Origin: Octopus sinensis
Lineage: Eukaryota
Assembly (NCBI RefSeq): GCF_006345805.1
Contig: NC_043005.1
Location: forward strand, 42,718,001 to 42,782,000
DNA length: 64,000 nt
Direction of reading: 5' to 3'
Shown: piece by piece, positions 1 through 11,750 of the stretch
Layout: each line of letters starts with the position of its first letter
Numbering within the stretch: the first letter of the stretch is position 1
Program-made: the position numbers and the translations under genes
The notes under the pieces: generated by a model
The model's input: the letters and a program-made list of their open reading frames with translations, nothing else
The model's database searches: none
What the model was told of the DNA's origin: nothing

Positions 1-147
1 TTTAAACTGTATACAATTACTTTTCTTAAAGAGGCGGCGGTTTTGGGAAAGATTATGCTTCTTTGAACGAAATCTATCGGGTAGACGGTTTATAAGATAT
101 TCTGCTTTTTATTATTGTCTTTATGATTATCATTAAGTTCAAGACAA

Positions 148-1460
148 CCAGCTGGCAGGGTCGTTAGCAGCCCTGGTAAAATGCTTAGCAGCATTTCGTA
201 TGTCTTTACGTTCTGAGTTCAACTCCCTCCGAAGTCGGCTTTCCTTTTCGTCCATTTCAGGGCCGATAAAGTAATTACCAGTTGAACATTTGGGTCGATG
301 TAATCGACTTAACCCTTCCTTCCAAAATTGCTGGCTTTGAGCTAAAATTTAAGACCATTATTGCTAGTAAGCTGGTAGAGTCGTTAGCGAAGTTGGATAA
401 ACTATCTAGAGGCATTCATTCCGATTCATTACATTCTGAGTTCAAATTTTACCAGGGTGAAGTTTCCCTTTTATCTTTTCAGTGTCGATAAAATAAAATA
501 CCAGTCAAGTTCTAGGATCGATGCAATCGACTTGCTCCCTCCCTTTAAGATTACTGACCTTTTGACCTTTTATCAAAATTATAAAGAATTATTATTACTA
601 TTCTCATGGTTGTGCTCCAGCATGACCGCAACCTAATGACTGAAACAAATTAAAGAATTATAATTAAGACGTCTGGCAGAATAGCTAGAACGCCCAGCGG
701 TAATTTTTCCCAATCATATGTTCTGAGTTCAAATTCTACCGCACACGACTTTGCTTTCATCCTATCGAGGTCAATAAAATAAATAAGAGTTGAGCAATAA
801 AGTCGATGTAATTGACTCACCCATTCCCTCTAAAATTGCTCGCCTTGTTTCAAAATTTGAACCTGTCAAATGCTGCCGCGGTATATTTTGCTTTTCATTC
901 TTTCGGTGTCGATAAATTAAGTAAGGTTGAGCTCTGGGGCCGATGTAATCGATTAATACCCGTCTCCTAAAATTGCTGGTCTTGTGCCAAAATTAGGAAA
1001 TATTTCAATGCTACGAGCGGTCAGAACTGTCAGCATGTTGGACAAAATGCCTTGTAGCATTTATTCTGGCTTTACGCTCTGAGCCCAATTTCCACCGAGG
1101 TCCAATTTGCGTCTCATCCTTTCAGATCGATAAAATAAAGTACCATTTGGGCGATGGAGTCGATGTTTTCGACGTCCACCTCTCTCAAAATAACAGGTCT
1201 TGTGTTTATAGTAGAAAGAATTATTACTATCATATTTCATCAGGCGAGTTGAGAGAATAATTTGCAAGCTGGTCAAAATGCTAGGTAATATTTCTTCCAG
1301 TTTTATATTGTGCGCAAATTTCACCAAGATCGACTTCACTTTTTATCCTTTCAAGGTCGATAAACTAACTGCCAATGAAATATTGGAGATGAATATAACC
1401 AATAAAACCTTTCTCCTTAAAAGGACTAGCCTTACGCTAAAATTTGAAAGAATTATTATC
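148..1460 (+). mobile_element. Cluster of about six degenerate same-orientation SINE-A copies (tRNA-headed family starting GGCGGCGAGCTGGCAG)
   Basis: Repeated head (ctggcag..gttagc), B-box-like TTCTGAGTTCAAAT, central TTTCATCCTTTCGGGGTCGATAAA block, GTCGATGTAATCGAC hairpin and (ATT)n tails. Copies start near 148, 367, 665, 880, 1010 and 1240. Confidence 0.85.
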
Positions 1461-1478
1461 ATTAAATCAGTGAAAGAA

Positions 1479-1723
1479 GCGGCGAGCTGGCAGAATCGTT
1501 AGCATACTGGGCAAAATGCTTAGTGGTATTTCGTCCCTGCAAGCTCGTGGGGGAGAAAATAAGTCGAATACATTGACTCCAGTCCTCAATTGGCACGTAT
1601 TTTGTCGATCCCGAAAGGATGAAAGGCAAAGTTGACTCGGCTGAATTTGAACTCGGAACGTAAAGATGGACCACATACCGCGAAGTATTTTTCCCGGCGT
1701 GCTAGTGATTCTGCCAACTCGCT
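1479..1723 (-). mobile_element. SINE-A minus-strand copy (1545-1723) preceded by a plus-strand head fragment (1479-1537)
   Basis: Reverse complement of the SINE-A body (cccgaaaggatgaaaggcaaagttgac, tttgaactcggaacg, ctgccaactcgc). Confidence 0.85.
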
Positions 1724-1761
1724 ATTTCAGATCGTATTTTAATATTAAATGGAAAACTGGA

Positions 1762-2340
1762 GCGGCGAGCTGGCAAAAACGTTAGCACGCCGGGCAAAAT
1801 GCGTAGCCGTATTTCTCTGCCGTTACGTTCTGAGTTCAAATTCCGCCGAGGTCGACCTTGCCTTTCATCCTTTCGGGGTCGATAAATTAAGTACCAGTTA
1901 CGCGCTGGGGTCGATATAATCGACTTAATCCATGTGCCTGTCCTTGTTTGTCCCTTCTGTGTTTAGCCCCTTGTGGATAGTAAAGAAATAGGTATTTCGC
2001 TCGTCGCTACCTTCTGAGTTCAAATTCCGCCGAGGTCGACTTTGCCTTTCATCATTTCAGGGTCGATTAAATAAGTACCAGTTACGCGCTGGGGTCGATG
2101 TAATCGACTTAATCCGTTTGTCTTTCCTTGTTTGTCCCGTCTGTGTTTAGCCCCTTGTGGATAGTAAAGAAATAGGTATTTCGCTCGTCGCTACGTTCTG
2201 ATTTCAAATTCCGCCACGGTCGACTTTGCCTTTCATCGTTTTGGGGTCGATAAATTAAATAACTGAAACACTCGGGTCGATATAATCGACTAGTCGCCAC
2301 TACTCAAATTTAAGGCCTTGTGCCTCCTGAGGAAAGGATA
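1762..2340 (+). mobile_element. Young SINE-A with about three head-to-tail 184-bp body repeats
   Basis: One head at 1762. GTATTTC...TTCTGA(G/T)TTCAAATTCCGCC recurs at 1809, 1992 and 2176. Confidence 0.9.
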
Positions 2341-3002
2341 ATTATTATTATTGTTATTGTCTTTGTTATTTTGCCTCCGAAATTTATACAGTATTATTTG
2401 TTTCTTCATATCGCGGAAATGTTGCCGGTGAATCCATGTATATTTAGGTTATCTAATAGCATTTCTTACTGCTTTGACGATCCACTCCGCATGTGTACTC
2501 CAATAGTAAGGTGTAAGATGCTATAATCTATTATTGCGTAACGGAATATACTTTGAACATTTACCAAAACAAACAAGATAACAAAGCATGGTAAATAAAT
2601 TTGTCCAGCGTTCGAAACTTTAACCAAGCATCTCTGCAGGAAGTGTAAATAAATTAATAAAGGTTAATAATCTTTGTCATCTTTTGATCTACTTCGCAGC
2701 AGTTGGATTTCATTTGATTTTCTAAAAAAAAAAAATAAATAAATAAATAAAAAAGTAAGTTTGCAGTCAGTGCATTAAAGCAATACATTTAGGTCTGCGT
2801 TTTCCTTCGTCACTATTGGTTTCTTGAAAAAGACCTTGTTACATTGCAGCTGAGCAATTACACAGAAAATGTTAAGAGTTGGCTTATAAATTATGACATA
2901 ATTAATTGCCTGTTTCTTTTCTGCAGTGGATGCTTCAAGCTATTTTGAACAGCGTTGAAAAACAGATAATTCATTTTCTTGCGTTTGTGCCTGCCATTAA
3001 CT

Positions 3003-3244
3003 ATGTATGTGTGTATGTGTAAGTGTGTATGTGTACGTGTGTGCGTGTGTGTGTGTGCGTGCTCGCGCGCGCAATTGAGTGCATGCATGTGTGTGTGTGA
3101 TGAAAGTGAGTACGTGTGTACATACGTATTTGTATGAAGATATATCTGCATACATGATCGCTTACACATTCACATTTGCACACTCACATCTATCTTCATA
3201 AAACACGCACGCACACACACACACACACAAACATACACACGTAT

Positions 3245-3295
<51 letters not shown>

Positions 3296-3325
3296 TACAT
3301 ATACATATATACATACACATATATA
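3003..3325. repeat. Compound (TG)n/(CA)n/(TA)n microsatellite
   Basis: Direct inspection. Confidence 0.95.
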
Positions 3326-3639
3326 GTCAATAAAATATACATCAGAAAAGAAGCGCATTCTAAAGAATAGTGCAATAATTATTGCAACAAAAATTTATAT
3401 TTTGGCAGAGTTGCCAATGGTTTTATATCCACAAAGCCAAAGCCCTATGAACAGCGCGTCAGACTCTATAGAAAGACAAAATAATTTAAACTTTCTACGT
3501 CGCGGATGTGAGGAAACACTCAGAAATCAAGATTTAAATCTTAACATATAAAAATGTTAATGAGGATCGGTTGTCTCCCTGAACCAGACGATAAAATAAC
3601 CCTTATTGGCCCAAAAAAGCCTAACCAGCAAATGGGGAG

Positions 3640-4620
3640 ATCCAATTTTCCAGTAGGTAGCGCCCGAAGTAGACACATTTAGAAAAAAACTTCTTTACGA
3701 CTGTTTAACACGCCAAGTTAAGTAAAGTCCTTAAAAATTTTGGCTCTCTCCGCGATGCAGATTTTGCAACGGCCACTCCCACTTTGTTGATCTATCATTT
3801 TTCACCTGATATCACATGGGGTACCTTGATCTTTGAGGTGCCACACATGGCGGGCCAGGGGCGTGACAAACCGTCTTTCAGTGTTGCGGAAGCGACGTTT
3901 GAAAGATGTACTGGCTGATCCGACATATTTACAAACTTGGGATGAGGCTATATTCGCACTCTTGGCATATCTCTGATAGATGGCGGCGAGCTGGCAGACA
4001 CGTTAGCACGCCGGGCGAAATGCGTAGCCGTATTTCGTCTGCCGCTACGTTCTGAGTTCAAATTCCGCCGAGGTCGACTTTGCCTTTCATCCTTTCGGGG
4101 TCGATAAATTAAGTACCAGTTACGCACTGGTGTCGATGTAATCGACTGAATCCGTTTGTCTGTCTTTATTTGTTCCCTCCTGTGTTTAATACTGGGGCCG
4201 TCGGTTACGTCCTCTTTTATGCTTGCTCCGGACTGGTCATTGTCTCTGGCTGTAGCAGTTGTACTGGCGTGAGATCTAGTTAATCTGCTAATATTGCTGT
4301 TGGATAGTACAATGCGGATAGATAGTCAAGGTGTCACAGTAGCTTCATATACGACTCCTTCAGTCATGCATTATTATATACCCTGCAAGAACAACCTGCC
4401 TCCTCCCTTGTATTGTGAGTACTTGTTAAGATGTTAGGTGCACAACTAAAGAGGTTCTTAGGTTGTGCTTGTTAAATAATTGCCTCTGTGTGTATGAAAT
4501 GTTTGTCTATTAATCTAGGGAAAATCCTTCTCACACAAGTCTAGACGTTAGGTGAGAAGGGTGGAGCAAACCAAACAACGGTTCTGCGGCGCTTCTTTTC
4601 CGGGTGTTAGGGCCTGGCAT
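3640..4620 (-). pseudogene. Decayed PLE ORF, post-RT linker and GIY-YIG endonuclease region, interrupted by a SINE-A
   Basis: Minus-strand translations RRRTVVWFAPPFSPNV*TCVRRIFPRLIDKHF (WFNPPF-type motif), GCSCR, TEGVVYEATVT, KYVGSASTSFKRRF, LARHVWHLKDQG, RCKICIAERAKI and VLNSRKEVFSKC, with stops and frameshifts. Confidence 0.85.
3982..4190 (+). mobile_element. SINE-A inserted in the PLE fragment
   Basis: Near-consensus GGCGGCGAGCTGGCAGACACGTTAGCACGCCGGGCG head and body. Confidence 0.93.
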
Positions 4621-4685
4621 GTGCACTTCACATAAAAAAAAACATTTCAACTTCTGTTTTTTACAGGTTTAGTTTTAAATTCGTT

Positions 4686-4741
4686 TATGTGTGTGTGTGT
4701 GGTGTGTGTGTGTTCACTGATGTCAACATACATTCAAATAC

Positions 4742-4798
<57 letters not shown>

Positions 4799-4988
4799 AC
4801 AAACAATTTATGCATAAACACTACTTGGAATGGGGAGCGATATGAACGACTTAGCCCTCCCCTGAAATTGCTGGCCTTGAGCCAAAACTTGAAAGCAATA
4901 TATATATGTGTGATTGTGTGTTATAAATTACACACACACATATAACGCAGACTCTAGGATCTACATATACATACACACACACACACAC

Positions 4989-5051
<63 letters not shown>

Positions 5052-5087
5052 GACATACATACATACACACACACACACGTATATATA

Positions 5088-5121
<34 letters not shown>
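4686..5121. repeat. Microsatellite block, (TG)n, (CTAT)n, (CA)n and (TA)n, with a SINE-A tail remnant near 4825-4900
   Basis: Direct inspection. Confidence 0.9.
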
Positions 5122-5125
<4 letters not shown>

Positions 5126-5529
5126 GGAGTGGGGAATAAATGTGTGTGTATGTGTGTGAATTTCGACGTATATCAGTGAATATAGCATTCTGTTGCATGG
5201 TGCATATTATATCCTTGTTGAATATTGAGCCTGTATAGATGACTAACTGTGGAGGATTAGAGAACATATGTTGGGTGACCATTATATGTATAGGACTTAA
5301 CATATGCTGTAATCACTGCAGTAATACATTTACATAAAGAGAAGCTTGTGTATTAAACGTTCAGCTAATGTAATATGGTTAACTAAGTTAAATATACAAT
5401 GAGATTGTGATGTAAACGTATCGAAGCTCTATTTCATGGCAGATATGCAGTTCAAATCTGCGTCGCCTCATGTATTGTCTGAGTTACCAAAAGAGCTATG
5501 CTTCAAAGTGTGTTTTTATTTTTTTGCTT

Positions 5530-5605
5530 TGTGTGTGTATGCGTGTGTATGTTCGTGTGTGTGTGTGCGTGTGTGTGTGTATGCGTGTGTGTGCGCGCGC
5601 GCGCG

Positions 5606-5650
<45 letters not shown>

Positions 5651-5657
5651 GTGTGTG
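5530..5657. repeat. (TG)n/(CG)n microsatellite
   Basis: Direct inspection. Confidence 0.95.
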
Positions 5658-5949
5658 AGGGCGTTGTATTTGTTTGCCAACGATGTACATTCTGCCAGTG
5701 TGTAGTTTGCTTTAACGGTTTAAATCGTTTGATCATTGATAAAAGCAAACCACACATACACACACACACATACTAATCATCCTTATATATACATATCTTT
5801 ATATATATATATACACACACACATTCATCCACATGTAATATATTTGTATACGTATGTCAGTTTATGCAACATACATGTATGTGTATATGTTAATAATATG
5901 CTATATATGTATACGTATATGTCAAGATTTCGTTCCTTAGATCCACAAA

Positions 5950-7112
5950 CCCAATAACCCAGGCCGCTCCATCATCATGCCTGCTGCTGTACCTCTGAAC
6001 CCATCTCAAAATACTTCGACCTCGCCCTCGCACCACTAGTGGCTTCCCTCTTATCACACATTCATGACACCAGCCATGCTCTTCGTCTCTTGAATTCTCT
6101 CTCTTTTCCTCCTTGACCCTCCAGACTCCTGTTCACCTTTGACATAAAATCTTTACACACTGATATCCCTCACAACGAAGGCATCCATGCATTAAAATAC
6201 TTACTCGATCTTTATCCTGATTCCCAACCTGACACCTTTACCCTCTTCTTTTTCGCTGAACTTCTCTTCGCTTTAAATAGCTTCTTGTTCGTGGAAGAAT
6301 ATTACCACCCAGTCTTAGGAGTCTCCGTGAGAAGGAGAATGTTTCCCAGCTATGCTAACCTGTCCGTCGACTAAGTTGAGACCCAAATATTCTCTCTGTT
6401 CATCGGTTCCACTCTCAAGTTATATGGTGGTTACATTGACGCATGTATCGGCGCTGCATCACTCTCCCAAGAATAGACTTCTTCCTCTTCTCCATCCTAC
6501 TCTTCCATCCCACCTTCGTATTTTCCGGTTTTGTTTCCAACACCTGTCAACTTTATCCACATTTTTTTTACCATTCATCACTCCTTTATTAACACCCCCA
6601 TCCACTATAAACTAATAAATTCACACTCTCATCTCGACTTCTCCACTTACTAGCCTACCCACACCAAAGTTTCCATTTATTACTATCTGTTCCTCTAACT
6701 CTGTTGGCTCTGTTGTGATGACCATGAGTTCGAGACAGTCGCAGCTCATGGCCGACTACTTCCCTGAATGGGGATTCCTCCATTATCCAAACCTCCCTCC
6801 CCGGCTCACTTTCTTCCTCGCCTATCACCCTCCAGCCTACATCAACGCACCATTCTACGGGCTTTAAGTCGACTCCAATATGGCAACTCCTCCTCCCACA
6901 TATTCCTCAACTCCTTCCTCGAAATGCGTAATCTTCTGATCCGTCAGTTCTTTCCACTCTTGACAATCTACCTGGCTTCTTCCCTTGCTTTCGCCCAAGT
7001 TTCCACACTTGCCCTTACCTTTGCAGCTTCATTTTCCTCACTGACACCCACAACCGCTCCTACCACATTACTATTTCATTCACTTGCAATCCAGCACTTT
7101 AATCTACTGCGT
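5950..7112 (+). pseudogene. Decayed PLE RT, Cys-rich linker and start of GIY-YIG domain (Neptune-like by inference)
   Basis: Translations LLFTFDIKSLHTDIPHNEGIHALKYLLD, AELLFALNSFLFVEEYYH...FPSYANL, YGGYID, PGFFPCFRPSFHTCP and FTC/SSTLIYCVFC match PLE RT and linker motifs, with many frameshifts. Confidence 0.85.
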
Positions 7113-7118
7113 TTTCTG

Positions 7119-7150
<32 letters not shown>

Positions 7151-7182
7151 GTCTCTCTCTGTCTCTCTCTGTCTCTCTCTTA

Positions 7183-7590
7183 TTCTTTTACTTGTTTCAG
7201 TCAGTTGACTGTGGCCATGCCGGAGCACCGCCTTTTATCGAGCAAATCGATCCCATGACTTATTCTTTGTAAGCCTAGTACTTATTATATTGGCTCCCTT
7301 TTGCCGAACCGCTAAGTTACGGAGACGTAAACACACCAGCATCGGTTGTCAAGCGATGTTGGGTGGGGGGAAACACAGACACACAAACATATACACGCAT
7401 ACATATATACATATATATATATATATAAAATACGACGGGCTTTTTTCAGTTTCCGTCTACCAAATCCACTCACAAGGCTTAGGTCAGCCCGAGGCTATAG
7501 CAGAAGACACTTGCCCAAGGTGCCACGCAGTGGGACTGAATCGGGAACCATGTGGCGGGTAAGCAAGCTACTTACCACACACCCACTCCT
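7183..7590 (-). mobile_element. SINE-B, near full length (tRNA head GGAGTGGCTGTGTGGTAAG, CCTTGGGCAAGTG core-like block, internal microsatellite)
   Basis: Reverse complement contains ggtagacggaaactgaaa, cttagcggttcggcaaaa and ggcggtgctcc..catggcc..actgaaacaagtaaaag. Confidence 0.93.
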
Positions 7591-8396
7591 ACACTTCTCA
7601 TTATCTTTCTCTAACACGTATAGCCATGCATTCAACCAGCCCCAAATCTACCTTCTGTCACCCCTGTTCACGTCGTATCTCTGTCAATGCTAACCCGTCT
7701 ACATCCTCCAAAATGCACACTTACGTCAGAAACACAAACCACACAAAAACACGCCACTCGCACAAAGGATTCACACAAGCATTAACTGCCACACACATGC
7801 GTTTACACACACACACACATCTCGTATCCTCATATGTTAGACAGCCACATATGTTAGACATCTTATAGCCTCATATGTTAAATAGCCACATATGTTAGCC
7901 AGCTTCACATAGCCAAACACATATACACCCTTCCACACACATACACAGTAATATACACGGAGCACACACGCACACATTGCTGAACATACGCGCACGGGCT
8001 TGTACACTTGCACACATACAAGCACGCATATACACACCCGCTCTCATCCATACATATATATACACTCGCTCGTGTAATATCCATACTCACGCACGGGCTT
8101 ACCCACATACACAGGCACTCACTCGCCCACACACTCATACACCCGCACACATTATCCTCACACACATACATACACATGCTTGTGACGCAGACTTTAGCCA
8201 CTTCCCAACTGTCTCCTTACCACTCATGTCTTTTATCATTTCCTCCTTTCCGGTCAATTCCACATGTGCGACCGTTACTCCAGATACATTGTTCTTCTTC
8301 TCCGTTTTTTTCTTCATTCCTCTCTCCATTTGTTTTCTCTCCTCGTTCCCTCCTGTAGTATATACATACGTATATTTATACAACTAAGCATGTAAT

Positions 8397-8449
<53 letters not shown>

Positions 8450-8578
8450 CGCACACACACACACTCACACACATGAAACCATTGGTAGCCTTAATACACA
8501 ATTAAAGAAATTTTATCCACCAATGCGGTGTTGAGCACTCGTTGCCGTTGTTCAATATTTACGTATATGTGTCTCTGT

Positions 8579-8620
<42 letters not shown>

Positions 8621-8622
<2 letters not shown>

Positions 8623-8940
8623 GCGCGTGGTTTAGTGGCTCGGGCATTCGGTTCAAGGTCGTAAGGTCATGAGTACAATTCCCGGTGACGCGTTCTGTCC
8701 TTGAGCAAGACGCTTTATTTCATGCTGCTCCACTCCACGCAGCTGGCAAAATGAGTAGTACCTGTATTTGAAGGGGCCAGTCTTGTCATACTCTCTGTCA
8801 AGCTGAATCTTCTGAGATGTATGTAAAGGGGTACGTGTATCGTGGAGTGCTCAGCCACTTGCACGTTTATCTCATGAGCAAGCTGTTCCATTGATCGTAT
8901 CAGCTGGGGACCCTTGTCGCTGTAACCGACGGAGTGCGCC
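8621..8940 (+). mobile_element. SINE-C (tRNA head GGCGCGTGGTTTAGTGG, CCTTGAGCAAGAC block), copy 1
   Basis: A-box-like TGGTTTAGTGG, gtccttgagcaagac..cagctggcaaaa(a)tgagta, tail ending gtaaccgacggagtgc. Confidence 0.85.
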
Positions 8941-9108
8941 TATATATATATATATATATATAATATATATATATATATACGCACACACACACACTCACAC
9001 ACATGAAACCATTGGTAGCCTTAATACACAATTAAAGAAATTTTATCCACCAATGCGGTGTTGAGCACTCGTTGCCGTTGTTCAATATTTACGTATATGT
9101 GTCTCTGT

Positions 9109-9150
<42 letters not shown>

Positions 9151-9152
<2 letters not shown>

Positions 9153-9470
9153 GCGCGTGGTTTAGTGGCTCGGGCATTCGGTTCAAGGTCGTAAGGTCAT
9201 GAGTACAATTCCCGGTGACGCGTTCTGTCCTTGAGCAAGACGCTTTATTTCATGCTGCTCCACTCCACGCAGCTGGCAAAAATGAGTAGTACCTGTATTT
9301 GAAGGGGCCAGTCTTGTCATACTCTCTGTCAAGCTGAATCTTCTGAGATGTATGTAAAGGGGTACGTGTATCTGTGGAGTGCTCAGCCACTTGCACGTTT
9401 ATCTCATGAGCAAGCTGTTCCATTGATCGTATCAGCTGGGGACCCTTGTCGCTGTAACCGACGGAGTGCG

Positions 9471-9472
<2 letters not shown>
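9151..9472 (+). mobile_element. SINE-C, copy 2 (part of the tandem duplication)
   Basis: Near-identical to 8621-8940. Confidence 0.85.
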
Positions 9473-9553
<81 letters not shown>

Positions 9554-10626
9554 GAATATATGTGCCTGTGTATATGTGTGTGAGCGAGTGTGAAATTTAA
9601 AGCGTAACGTTGCCCCTTTTTAATAAACAAAAAATTTAATCCTCCTGTGTTCATTATTAGTCATAATGTTTCAATGGATTTAAGAAATTGGCTTAATCAG
9701 ATCAATTTCTTGTCCTTTTCACTCGATAATATAATCGAAAATCTATTAATAATGTTATTATGACATCTCCATTTTGGTGACGTTGGTGTTCGAGTGATTC
9801 GTTTCAGTTTTCAATTACAAAGTAATCAGTCAGTTTATTTCCACTTTCCTCTGAAACCAGAGGCTCAAAGAATAAAAACTCGACTTCGTATACACTTAAA
9901 ACAGCTATAAGCTCTCAAATCTTGCCGCAGAGCGAAGACTGGTTGTTTTCCTCTAATAAATGTCCAACTCAATGATTCTCTAACTTTCAAAAGTATCCTT
10001 TTCTTTTACAAACATTCTTTTCAACGCCCTCCTGTCTACGATCCAATGACCTGTATTTTACAACAGTCAAACAAGTAATATAAAACCAGAGTCATATACG
10101 TCGGAGTACTAGTTTAATGCTTGTAACTACTTATAATAGGACCACCGTACCATAAATGCAATATTTAACTTATTACCGCCCGACTGCATATTAAACCGAC
10201 CTTTAGCGCATGGCATCGGTCAAACTCAGGGACACCTTCTTTGTACTCATTCATATTACCATAGCTACCAATTGCTATTTATCTTTATATACTTTATAAT
10301 TCGATTGCTAGTTCTATCTTTTATATGTTCCCACTTGCATTAATTCATCTGTCCACATACGAGTTGACACATGTCTGTTTATCCAAGCAGGTACATTTTG
10401 AAATTAACAGATGATACTAGCAACGTTCAGATATGCACATATACGCTATCCAACTCTACATATACAACGTCCGCCTGTGTTGCATGTATAACTATACAAA
10501 CTTTGAGAATACTTTTTAAATTCTATTTTAGTTTATTCGCCTTCACTTTATTTGTCCAGCCATTCGATTGTGGCCACGCTGGTTTATAATTTAGTAGCTG
10601 GGATTGTAAATATTAAAAAAATAAAT

Positions 10627-10878
10627 AAATGCGCCCTTTTAAAGCCTAGCCAGGCTCATGGGCACGGTTTCCCGGTTTCTATGGTGTATGTGTTCCCCAG
10701 CTGGAAGGGACGCCAGTCCATCGCAGCGTTACTCATTTTTGCCAGCTGAGTGGACTGGAGCAACGTGAAATGAAGTGTTTTGCTCAAGAACACAACGCGT
10801 CACCCGGTCCAGGAATCGAAACCACAATCTTACAACCATGGTGCTGACACCCTAACCACTAAGCCACGCGCCTCCACA
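10627..10878 (-). mobile_element. SINE-C with an alternative 3' tail
   Basis: Reverse complement reads GGAGGCGCGTGGCTTAGTGGTTAGGGTG...GTTTCGATTCC...CTTGAGCAAAACACTTCATTTCACGTTGCTCCAGTCCACTCAGCTGGCAAAAATGAGTAA. Confidence 0.9.
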
Positions 10879-11039
10879 CATTGTAAATATTAGCACTTAT
10901 TTAATTACATATTAAATTATTGTCGCTCTTGTTTTTATCGTTAATGTTATTGACAATGTTCCTGAGATTGTCGTCCACGAGCAGTCTATCATATTACAGT
11001 AAAAAGATGTACACTGGGTGACCCAAAAGTCACCCACCA

Positions 11040-11750
11040 AAACGTTTGGCATCTCTGTTGCGTTGTCTTTACGTTCTGAGTTCAAATTCTGCTGAGGTCG
11101 ACGTCGCTTTTCATCCTTTCAAAATAAGTACCAGTTGAGTACTGGGTTGATATAATCGACTATCCCCCTTCCTCAAAGTTTAGGCCTTGTCCCTATAGTA
11201 GAAAGGATTATACAAAGTCGAATTCCGCTGAGGTTGACTTTTACTTTTATCCTTTTGGAGTCGATAAATTAAATACCAGTTGCATACTGGAGTCTACCCA
11301 ATTGACTGGCCCCTTCCCTCCAAATTCCTTGTTTGTCCTCTCTGTGTTTAGCCCCTGGTGGGTAGTAAAGAAATAGGCATTTTGCCTGCCGTTATGTTCT
11401 GAGTTCAACTTTCGCCGAGGTCGACTTTGCCTTTCATCCTTTCGGGGTCGATAGATTAAGTACCAGTTACGCACTGGAGTCGATGTGATTGACTTAATCC
11501 CTTTGTGTGTCCATGTTTGTCCCCTCTATGTTTAGTCCCTTGTGGGCAATAAAGAAATAAGAAGCGTAAGCACGCCGGGGAAGATGTTTAGCCGTATTTC
11601 GTCCGTCTTCATGTTCTGAGTTCAAATTCCTCCGAGGTCACCTTTACCTTTCATTCTTTCGAGGTCGTTAAAATAAATATCTGTTGAATACTGGGATCAA
11701 TGTAATCGATTTAACCCCTCCCTTTGACCCACAATTCGAAACTAGTATCA
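11040..11750 (+). mobile_element. Four head-to-tail SINE-A bodies
   Basis: B-box/core units near 11075, 11220, 11397 and 11613, joined via tails ending GTAAAGAAATAGG or AAAGAAATAAG. Confidence 0.88.

Larger units (their letters stand above)
8451..9472 (+). repeat. Near-perfect tandem duplication (period 530 bp) bounded by (TA)n
   Basis: 8451-8940 and 8981-9472 differ by only two visible 1-nt indels and have the same (TG)n length. Confidence 0.95.

Noticed and set aside
1762-2295. Regular repeats as a CRISPR-like array
   Set aside because: The units are contiguous 184-bp SINE bodies without unique spacers, in eukaryotic DNA with no cas genes.
2927-3003. Candidate exon WMLQAILNSVEKQIIHFLAFVPAINY after a good acceptor (tttcttttctgcag)
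   Set aside because: The donor comes from the adjacent microsatellite, the peptide is unrecognised and there are no linked exons. Spliced RNA-seq would be needed.
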